A DNA stretch of 64,000 bases from positions 434,001 through 498,000 of the forward strand of contig JAQGDQ010000096.1 in NCBI GenBank assembly GCA_030141605.1, read 5' to 3'. Within the stretch, counting starts at the first letter, position 1. Every line of letters starts with the position of its first letter. The notes beneath the pieces were generated by a model, which was given only the letters and a program-made list of their open reading frames with translations, was not told the origin of the DNA and ran no database searches. Of the stretch, positions 15,061-25,200 are shown one piece after another. Source of the stretch: Tubiluchus corallicola (lineage: Eukaryota > Animalia > Priapulida). The translations under genes were made by a program, and so were the position numbers.

Positions 15061-15384
15061 GTATGAAAGAATTGAAGGGATTGGAGAAACTTGTACACTG
15101 ACCGTAACTTGCACACACAAATGCAAAAGGCGAGTGAAGCTGTCTGGTTTTGCTACTGGTACATATATGTGTATGTTACTGCTGAATGAAGCAGTGCTCT
15201 CAAAGTTTTGGCACATGTGCTGTGGCACATATGTATATTATACATGTGCCAGGGTATTTATGCGTTTGTAGAAATCTTGTTGTGAAAAAAGGTCTGTCAC
15301 CATATTAAATTTATAAACGTTTTGAACTCTTTAGGGAGAAATACAATTCAAAGTGTTGGGATTCGGCAGCTACACTGAGAGACA

Positions 15385-17445
15385 ATGAGGGGACGACCTC
15401 GTCTTCATGCTAGTTCTCTTCCTTCAAGTTCTGGTGTGGTTAAAAAACGAAAACCGGGAAGAAAACCAAAATTGACCAAGTTTATAACCAAACAATTTGA
15501 AAAGTCTCCCACCATTGAAAAAAATGTAGAAGTTGAAGAAGAACAAGATGATGTGGATCTCACACGAGACTTGGAAAATCCGTTGCCTTTTTTGAACTTT
15601 CATCAGATCAAAATTCCAGACAACCTTCCAAGAATGTTGTTTGGCAGAGAGTCAGAGTATCAGCCAAGTAAACAGGGCACATTGATCGATTTAGATGAAG
15701 ATGATCATGACGTCCTCGACGAGGAAACTGTGCAAACTGATGAAGAAATAAATGTAGTTCATGAAGTAAGCAATGATCTACAAGATTCTAGTCATATGGA
15801 CAAAAAAGAGGAGGATGAAAATAATGCATCTGGAAAAACATATCATACTATATTACCATCTTTGTCTTCTTGGTTTGATTATTCAACTGTTCATGCCGTA
15901 GAAAAAAGTGCTATTCCAACATTTTTTGATAAATCAAGCAAGCGGAAGACTGCAGAAGTATACCTTGCTGTCAGAAATTTCATTGTTGACTCTTATCGGA
16001 CTAATCCTTTTCATTACCTGACAATCGCAGACTGTGCTCGTGCTCTGCCAGCAGACTTGTGCTCGGTCGCTTCTGTGCATACTTTTTTGCAATTGTGGGG
16101 CTTGATCAACTATCACATTGGTCCTGAATGTGACACACTTCAGCTGCCAACCGACCATTTTTTTATTTTATCTGACAGTGCAGATGGTGACCTAGAACCG
16201 GTAAAACCCACTGTGAGTAGCCAAGCTCCATCAGATCAGATGATCTCATTTACTGATGTAGCTGATGAAGCACCCGATGAAGAAACAGAAAGCAGTTTTA
16301 ATCTAAATAGTTGCTCTGCATCAAAGCCTAAACAAGGACCGTATATAGAGTGGACAGACGATGAAACTCTAAGGTTGTTAGAAGCAATAGAGTTATATCA
16401 GGATGATTGGAACAATGTTCGCGAACACGTGAGCACTCGTACTGTGGACGAATGTATCTTACATTTTCTTCAGATCCCCGCTGAAGACTCCTACCTCGAC
16501 AACTTGAAGCACCTGAGTGCTGAGGCATCTGATGTTACTCCTTTTGCTGAGGCCAAAAACCCAGTGATGTCCACCTTGGCATTTCTTGCTTCTGTTGTTG
16601 ATCCGAAAGTAGCTGCCATGGGTTCAAAAGCTGCAATGGACGAATTGCTACGATTGCAGTCAGAAAATCGTAAAGCAGGTAAATTGGGTGATAAAGCTGG
16701 TTTTAAAAAGGAGCCTAATGCTACTGGTTCACCTGTCCCAATGGTAACACAAGAAGAGTCACCTGTTCTACAGGTAAAAGAAGAATTAAATGGTGAAAGT
16801 GTTGGCAGTGAAGAGATTCTGGGTCCTAGTATAAAAACTAGTGAAAAAAGCTTGAATGATGGTGACAAAGTGCAGATCAAAGAAGAGGAATTGAAAACCG
16901 TGCCCTTGAAAACCGAGAAAAAGAAGCCAGCCTGTGGAAAAGTGGATAAGTCACAAAAGAAGGACAAAGACAAAGACGGAATAAGCGAGCATGATACTCA
17001 CTGTGCCGTTCAAGCTGCTCTTGCTGCTGCTGGTGAAAAGGCAAAGAATCTTGCGGCGACTGAAGAAAGAAAAATCAAAAGTCTCATTGCTCATTTGGTA
17101 GAAACCGAGATGAAGAAACTGGAGATAAAACTTCGTCATTTTGAGGAACTGGAAACTATCATGGAGCAAGAGCGAGACTCACTGGAATCACAGAGGTTGG
17201 CAATTCTGCAAGATCGGCAGCATTTTAATATAGAATGTTTGAAAAAGCAGCAAGGGCAAATGGAAATTGACGAGACAGCTGGTAGTGCTAGCAGCAGCTC
17301 GTCGAGTATGTCGGACATGGAAATGAATAAAGAAGACATTGTGTCAGCAGAAAGTAGTCCATTTGAGCAAGATATTGTTGTGATTGAAGGAAATGATAGA
17401 TCTGGCAATGCATCGCACGATAGTGATTCATCTGACGATTACTAA
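15385..17445 (+). CDS. SMARCC1/2 (BAF155/BAF170, SWI3 family)-like protein with an intronless CDS, lacking the N-terminal domains, 686 aa
   Basis: SWIRM (ILPSLSSWFDY...YLAVRNFIVDSYRTNP...WGLINY), SANT (EWTDDETLRLLEAIELYQDDWNNVREHVSTRTVDECILHFLQIP), NPVMSTLAFLASVVDPKVAA motif and C-terminal coiled coil (EERKIKSLIAHLVETEMKKLEIKLRHFEELETIM). In-frame TGA three codons upstream of the ATG. Confidence 0.93.
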   Translation: MRGRPRLHASSLPSSSGVVKKRKPGRKPKLTKFITKQFEKSPTIEKNVEVEEEQDDVDLTRDLENPLPFLNFHQIKIPDNLPRMLFGRESEYQPSKQGTLIDLDEDDHDVLDEETVQTDEEINVVHEVSNDLQDSSHMDKKEEDENNASGKTYHTILPSLSSWFDYSTVHAVEKSAIPTFFDKSSKRKTAEVYLAVRNFIVDSYRTNPFHYLTIADCARALPADLCSVASVHTFLQLWGLINYHIGPECDTLQLPTDHFFILSDSADGDLEPVKPTVSSQAPSDQMISFTDVADEAPDEETESSFNLNSCSASKPKQGPYIEWTDDETLRLLEAIELYQDDWNNVREHVSTRTVDECILHFLQIPAEDSYLDNLKHLSAEASDVTPFAEAKNPVMSTLAFLASVVDPKVAAMGSKAAMDELLRLQSENRKAGKLGDKAGFKKEPNATGSPVPMVTQEESPVLQVKEELNGESVGSEEILGPSIKTSEKSLNDGDKVQIKEEELKTVPLKTEKKKPACGKVDKSQKKDKDKDGISEHDTHCAVQAALAAAGEKAKNLAATEERKIKSLIAHLVETEMKKLEIKLRHFEELETIMEQERDSLESQRLAILQDRQHFNIECLKKQQGQMEIDETAGSASSSSSSMSDMEMNKEDIVSAESSPFEQDIVVIEGNDRSGNASHDSDSSDDY

Positions 17446-19117
17446 TTATGGCATATTTGTAAATATGTGAAATTGTCTCTTAAATTAGAGTTGTGTATAA
17501 GACTGCACAGTACCCGTAGTGTATATTATCTGTGCTTACTTAAGATTATGTTTCAATCGTGAAAGAAATATGATACCTTGCTTGTGTTTAAAGCTTTAAG
17601 TATTCAGTTTGTCTTCATAATATAGACTGACACAATCAGTCTGAACTATAAAGGGCAGTTGTCAATTCCTATTCATCTTCAGAAGTATATTTCTGTACTT
17701 TTAAGTAAATTCTGTGTGCCTAATTTTAGTGATAATTATGCCCAGTAGTTAGCTAATAACTGTGTAATTTAAGAACAGCTCATCATTGATTTGCTAACAG
17801 CAGTTCCTCACTGCACTACCACGTAGTGGTGTAATCGAATTTCTCCGCATTACGATCTTTTAAATACACGAATCCATTTTTAACTCCCCTGAAAACATGC
17901 AAGTGAATATCATAAATTTAATGGCTTAGTTTAAATGCAGTGTAAATGTACTTGTAAAAGTGAAACTTCTATTGCTTTGACATTTTCAAAAGTCATTTTT
18001 GTTTTCGTTGCATTCCTTTTGCTCCTGTCAAAGTCTAGTGAACTGATATTTAAATTAGGTCACGACGAAGGCATATACCACATATCATAGTACTAATGAC
18101 TGTTGGGAGGTTTCCTTAAAAAATATTCATTGCTTACAGGTTTCATTGTCTGCAAAAAAGTTGGCATTAACTGAGTTTGGCATTATAATGAGGTGCAATA
18201 ATACATGTACATATCTATGCAAAAGTAGACATTTTGTTTTGCCAAAAATTTGAGCATTAAGCAAGTTTGAGTTATAAAGGGGCGTTATAACAAGGTTTGA
18301 CTGTAAGTGTTTTCTTGGCAGTTTTACTCAACATCTTCCTGACTCACGTGTATGATTTTATGTTGAATGATCAGCGACTATGTTGTAGCAATCACAATAA
18401 AACAACAATCAGAGTTTGTTAGATTAAAAATAACGATTCTCACTGACTTTTTCTGTTTCCTTATTAAGGGTGTTATAAAAAAGTCTTGCAAGCATGGCTG
18501 TCTCTACAAGTGCTAAAATCTTCATCTGCCTGCTGCTTGTCATTCTCAACAAAAGGTTGCCATTTAGACTAATAATTACTTCTGCTTGCTTCTTCAAGTT
18601 GGTTGCAATAAAATTATTTGTTTGTTCTGAAGGCATTTTACAATTATGAGCATGAATCTTGAATTTATGTATACTAGGTAAGTTTTAACATTTAAAAACA
18701 AGTTTCAAATACATGTATATGATTTTGAAAGATGTGAACTTGAAAATGGCAAGCAAATTAGAGCCAACATTTACACATTATGGCACCAAACGAGGCTTTT
18801 TTCAAAATAAATTAAGATCTAAAAAAATTTTGCTGTGCAGTGATAATAGTGCTGGCCATTGCAAGTGTGAAAAATTAAATTTGGTCTCTCTTCAACTTGG
18901 CTTAAACCTCCTAGCATAGACATACTCAGTTTTAAAAGCAAGAAATGTGCATTTCTACTTTCTAGGACAGTTGGCTCATTGTTGTCTGTAGACTTCAGTG
19001 ATCATTGTGATGTTTCTAAGTTTACTGCATCAGAATTGCTATATTGTGACATCATCTTGTTAGAATGTTTATTGAAAGTTCACTTTTACAAACAAAGTAG
19101 AAGATTGTGGTATAGAA

Positions 19118-20143
19118 ATGGATGTCTTAGACATAGCAGTTGAAACAAAATTTCCCCCTGACTGCGAAAACATGGAAAACGACAGTGGTGATGGTATGAT
19201 TTTTGACATTGAAGAGCAAGATGATATGGAAAAAGCATTTGAAATGCTGAAAGAACTGAAACACATAGATCGAAATGTTGAACTTCATGCTCAACAGATA
19301 AGCGTTATGGCAGAAGAGTTGGTACATGAGCGAGAATTAGCAGAGAAGCGGCAGCAGTTCCTGAAGGAATATAAAAATGGAGATGACAAGAAGCGATGCC
19401 AACTAGACGAATACAGAGAGAACCTGGATGAACGGCAACGGATGACAGAGATGTGCAGAAAACTGATGAGCAACAGTGAGGCTGCGCTCATCATGAGACA
19501 AATTTTGCTTGGATTAGCCGAGTTTTCCGATTGTAATTATCGTAAGAATGGAAACCAAGATAAAGATGAACAGGAAGTTGCTATGGAAGATACAGAACTT
19601 GTAAAAGTACCGATTGTTACTACAGAAGGCAAACAAGAGGAGGCGGATATCGAAAACAGTGATAAAAATGTTGAAAGTGACAACCTACATAAGCGGCTTG
19701 ATCAGGTGCAAATTGAGGAATCAGTAGGAGACACTACTTCAAATAACATAGCACCAAACGACGACAAAGCAGATGCGAAACTTATTGATGAGAATGGCGA
19801 TGCTGAAGAAACAAAAGATACTGATCAAATGAAAATTACGTTAGAGACGTTGCTTGCAGATGGAAAGGAGAAACTGAATCAAGTGATTGAAGAGGAGGTA
19901 CACTATCAGTTCTTGAGTGAAGCCTTGCAGAGCACACTAGATGATTTTAAAACACAAACTGAAAACATGTGCTTATCATTTTGGACGCAGAAATCTGAAT
20001 TTCAAGAAACGGTCAAAGAAGGAAGCTCGGCCAACAATCAAGATAACTTTTGTCAGTTACTTGAGGACATCAGGGATGCTCTTAACATGAAGAGACAGAT
20101 TTATGGGCAGCTAATTGTAAAATATTATACAGACAGGTTCTAA
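19118..20143 (+). CDS. Uncharacterised acidic, coiled-coil-like protein with an intronless CDS, 341 aa
   Basis: 1026-bp open frame in AT-rich DNA where chance ORFs are short; protein-like composition; splice-acceptor-like site at 19063 and an in-frame upstream stop. No family recognised. Confidence 0.75.
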   Translation: MDVLDIAVETKFPPDCENMENDSGDGMIFDIEEQDDMEKAFEMLKELKHIDRNVELHAQQISVMAEELVHERELAEKRQQFLKEYKNGDDKKRCQLDEYRENLDERQRMTEMCRKLMSNSEAALIMRQILLGLAEFSDCNYRKNGNQDKDEQEVAMEDTELVKVPIVTTEGKQEEADIENSDKNVESDNLHKRLDQVQIEESVGDTTSNNIAPNDDKADAKLIDENGDAEETKDTDQMKITLETLLADGKEKLNQVIEEEVHYQFLSEALQSTLDDFKTQTENMCLSFWTQKSEFQETVKEGSSANNQDNFCQLLEDIRDALNMKRQIYGQLIVKYYTDRF

Positions 20144-22233
20144 CATGCAAATTCGTTACTAATATTGTCGTAAATTGCTGTTGACATTTTTTTCAGTACA
20201 TAGAAACTTAACTGGCTTTTAGTAAATTCTTTGTCTGCATCACTTGGTTCATATGTACAGTTTTCTTGCACAATAAACTCTATATTGTATTTTTTTACGT
20301 TTTTGGCCTATAACATTCCACATATGGTTCATAAATATCTTCAGTTTATCGAACTCAAAGTTGTTCACTGCTCGATAATGTTTATGTGGATTTCACAACT
20401 AGACAAGCATTACATAAGCCTGTAGTTATGAATTTTATTTTACTCCAACTCAAGCCAAGTTTTGCACAAAGGCATGTGTAATACTGTGTATGTCTGTAGT
20501 TAAACTACTCCAAGCCAATTTGTCAGCTAAATACTTGTCAACTAAAAATTCTCAATAAAATGTAAATTCAACAATCATCGATATTATCCATGCACGTATT
20601 CAGGGAGCTTAGCTCTCACAAAGTAGTAACATTTGTTGAATTTAGTGCATCAAATTTTTGAAAGTATTAAACTTTTTTGCTCAATTGTCCTTTGCATGTT
20701 GCTAGTAGAGAGGAACGCGAAGAACGACTAACAAACATATACCAAACAAAAACATTACCTTTTAATAACTTACACCCCACAATTAAAAGTTTCAGTTTTT
20801 CTTTCTGGTAGTTCGCTACTAAGTTACGAACAGAACGTCATTGTATTTGACCTGGTACAGCAAGATGTTGGTTCTTCTAACCGTTTTAACTATCTTAATT
20901 AACAATAGGAATATGTAGTTATGTTAATTTTGTGACAGATTTCTTTTTCCTGTTAAACTGCACTCCTGTAAATTTTGCAGCCTGAGGCAACTTGATCAGT
21001 AAACGCTGTTTGCCAAAGGCAATTATTTCAAATAAATGTTTATAAAAAAATCAGTGCATAAAATTTTTTTCGTTGAATTTAATTAATTTGAATGACCAAA
21101 GTTGACACTGTGTCAGTTGAGTTACTCTCCTTTATGTCTAGAGTTCAGGAATTAATTTTTGTCATTTAGTTTGCAATCTCACACACGACACTAATACATA
21201 AACTTCATAAACATTTGAGTTATTCATGAGGAAGCACAGTTTTGATAGCCAACTGAAAAACACTAAAACAATTATTTTGGTACATAATGCAATAAGAATT
21301 CTTTGTTAATTAATAAATATCAAATTTGCAATTAATTACATCAGATTATATTCCAATAGCTTCCTAAAATTGCAGGCATTTGCTTAGCAACTCCTAATTA
21401 AACAAATGTTTTACATTATGAAAGCAAAAGCCTGTTGAAAACTGCAATACCAAGTATTTCTCATGACATACAAAATCGAGCATTTTTCTATAACTGTTAT
21501 GCTTTACATATATTCCACCAAATAAATACATTTGTAAACTGACTCAATAAAACAGCTAGGAAGACTGGTTTACCCAGTACTGTGAATAATATAATGATAA
21601 TATAATAATAATAACAAAAATGAATGATAATTTAAAGAGAATGTAATTTTTGGTCAATAATTTTTGTCCGTTTAATAACAATGCAACAAATTAGTTCATA
21701 TGCTTGCTCATACAACAACTTATTCCAACAAATTTTGTAGAATTTTATAGAAAAAAATTTCTATCATTAATAACAACATAGCTGTGTGATATAAATAATA
21801 AAAATACAGTCCGGGAGAACAGACTTCTAATGTGTATCCAGAAATCTTGTTCCACAGTTAAAACCTGCAATAAATATATCCTCATGAAAGAAACAAAGCT
21901 GTATAATTGTTGTGTAGACCAAGCAGCCCAGAACAAAACTAAAAATCCAGAATAATAATTTGACTGCTCAACTCTTCAGAAAGCATTTACTGTTATAGGC
22001 AACATAACTTTATCTCTGCACTTTGTGGACATTCACGAGTGGGTGGAACTTAACAAGTTAACACACATGGCAAACAAAGTGTTAACATCATATAGACAAA
22101 TAACTGGTCTGGGAGGTGACAGGTGTGGTTTTTAGTAAAACGTACGAGCAAAGTGCTGCTGAAAATGCCAAGCGAAGGATTAACAACTACAATCGGTGAA
22201 TCAGAACTTACTGCAAATAAACATTTGATAATA

Positions 22234-25200
22234 TTAGTCAATTATTTCAAAAGTAGAATTGTTAAGTTCACTCCATGGTGTCTTGAATAATGCAGCCGGC
22301 AACGGCGTGCAATGCGTAGAATCAAAATCTGTAAGATATTTGCTAACCTGAAAATATATGAACAGAAACATTTTAAAAAATCAAAATGTGATACAAATGC
22401 AAAGTTATTACTGCTCTTAAATGAACAATGTCTACTTTCAGAAATTACCCTATAAAGTTAAGAAATTACATATGTCTGTCCAATTAACAATTATAATCTC
22501 AAACCAACAATAAGTAAAATTTTGATACCAAACTTGAAAGGAAATGTGAGAAAGTTGCGATACAGCTTAGATTTGAACCACGTACTTTCCGCTTACAAGG
22601 CAGAAGCCTTAAACTACTCGACCACTGTATCTCTAATTATAGTTCATCCTTATAACTGGCTAACCGAATTTGGTAAGCCAGCTATAGGGATGAACTTTGT
22701 AATGCCTTGACTACTGAGAGATACAGTGGCCGACTGGTCTAAGGTGTCTGCCTTGTAAGTAGAAGGTCCATGGTTCATATCCAGGCTTATCCCAACTTTT
22801 TGATAACAGATTTCTTGACTTTGATAACAGATTTAATTAATTATGAGTTTATTCCATCATGCCCGTCCAATCTTAACAGATGACGTTAAGATAACCAAGT
22901 AATGCAGTGATTAACGTGCCTGAAGAGCAATTAGAAAGTAATGAGGTCGAACCTCGGATTGAACCTTAGCTCTTAATATTTTAGGTAAATTATTATAAGA
23001 AAACATACGTACAAAACTAAAGAAAATGGATGTCTGACAATGTCAATAAATGCAAAACATACCAAAAAGAGGGCAAAGATTTTTCGTTGATGATCGCTGA
23101 AGTCTTCGCCAATTAACAACGGATATCCGTTGCCGTTTTCCTCCACATACGATGTTAGCATTGTTGTGCAAATGCTGGAGTCTACAGCATAGTTCGACCA
23201 GACCAAAACTGCAAATAGAAGAAAAACTGTAACCAATAACAGAGATTACAACAAACAAGAAAAAACTTTACTCGACTTGGATCAGATTTGTGATAGAACC
23301 CATGGCCTTTGAATTGTTAGTACACTGTAGTGCCATACTGAGATTACAACTTTTATCTAGCAGGGTGGGTATTTCATTTGGATTCCCTGTGATAGTTTAC
23401 TAGAAACCACATGTAGAAATGACACCATAATGGCGGCCATATTGGGAAAGTTAAAAATTTCAGTCATTTACTGTCTAATAGTGTCTATGCAATGGTTCGT
23501 AGCATCTTCATGTAAAATATTGGCCTTTTTCAAAACTGTGGCCTAAGATAGGTTTCAAAAGTAAATGACACAATACCACTACCGAAAAACATGACCAAGA
23601 ACTAGGGATTCTGCACTTCATACCAGATCAAGTAAAAAAAGTTCATATTGAAGCTACCAATATGCTATAGATTAGTTAAGCAAAATGCTTTTGTCTAGTG
23701 GTTATAACGAAAATTAATAATAAGGCAACCATCAACAAAATACTAGTAACTCAATAATTAACATTTGTGATGTTCTAGAACAAGCAGCCTTGTACAGAAT
23801 CTTGACTTAATATTTATTAACTTGCAGGGAAAATTAAAACTTATAAGATGTAAAAGTTAATACTAGAGATATAAAAATTTACAAAGTTAACTCACTCTGT
23901 TCCGCTTGGTCAGAAGCTTCTAGCCACTCCCACAAAACTGGTATTGATGCGTCAGTAACAATATTGGGATATCTAAAAAAAATCACGCAATCACTGATAT
24001 CCATAAATAATAATAGCTCAAATATCATTAATTACTTGTTGACTTTACTAAGTTTAATACATTAATACTTAAAATATTACGGTGGTATCAAATTACTAAT
24101 TTTCTGAAAAGCGTTCTGAATCACTATTATAATTATTATTAAAATAGGGAAAGCAGTTAACATGTGCTACACCAAAGCTTGTTTAAAAATCATCTATTAG
24201 ATGTATTTAATAGGGGCACTTCAATCTAAATTCCGTTCCGCATTGCTGGCTATTGGCAAAATTCAAAACTTAACAAGATGAAGACGGCACTTCAACACGA
24301 CAAACATGTCATGTATTAACACTTGCTCATAAACTTACAATCAATAACAAAATTCTTCTTGAACAGGGTTTCTGACATTTTTGAAAAATAAAGAGTCAAA
24401 AATAAAAATTTTTGTACAATGATTGATGCCAACGTGTGAGACACTATTATTTTAGGCAGTGGAGTCAACAGAATGTTTCCATTTTCCAATCCTCTTTCTG
24501 TGTATGTCGTACTAAATTTGTGTACTTAATTTAAATCACTGAGCATTCAATGAGCATAGTTCCTGCTTGTTTATTTTAGCTGTCTCTCTCCTTCGGCATT
24601 TTTTGTCATATAAGAGACATTATCATATAAGACACAGCCACCACTTTGCAAAAGAAAATTAAGAAAAAATGGTTTAGGTCTCCGTTAAGTCTAAGACCAT
24701 TTTTTGCTTATTGTAATAAAAGTTTTTTAAAGGAAATGCTAAGCCTTGTGAGAAGCTAAACTTATTTCAATGTTTGCAAAAAACGTTAAAAGGATTTGCT
24801 AATAAAAGTGTGATAAGTGCCCCGTGTAATTGGTAAAAATCACTAAAGTCGTGATCATTGCATATTTAAGCATTTCCATTTTGAACAGTTATTTTTCTAC
24901 CAGTAAAATCATTGACCAACAGATAAAAAGCATCGCACTATCTATTTCCGTCAAAAATATTACAAATTTTTAGCGAAAATTAGATAAATTTTAGTGCAGG
25001 CACTTAAAAACATTTATTGTTAAAACAACACAACTTTATTAAAACGTTTACTTTACATAGTTAAAATCATGCCAAACGTTTCGACAGACTACTGCTGTCA
25101 TCATGAGTAACTATGTGCAGATTTTAACTATGTAAAGCAAAAGTTTTGATAAAGTTGTATTGTTTTAACTATAAAAGTTATATCATTGCACAAATATTAG

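Noticed and set aside
14861-15271. Several overlapping ORFs upstream of SMARCC as possible N-terminal exons
   Set aside because: Derived from the GA microsatellite, no SMARCC N-terminal motifs, and an in-frame stop precedes the SMARCC ATG.
15934-17408. Antisense ORFs (up to 160 aa) within SMARCC
   Set aside because: Shadow frames of a real coding sequence.
24213-24823. MITE bounded by GGGGCACTT...AAGTGCCCC
   Set aside because: Only a 9-bp inverted match and no convincing TSD.
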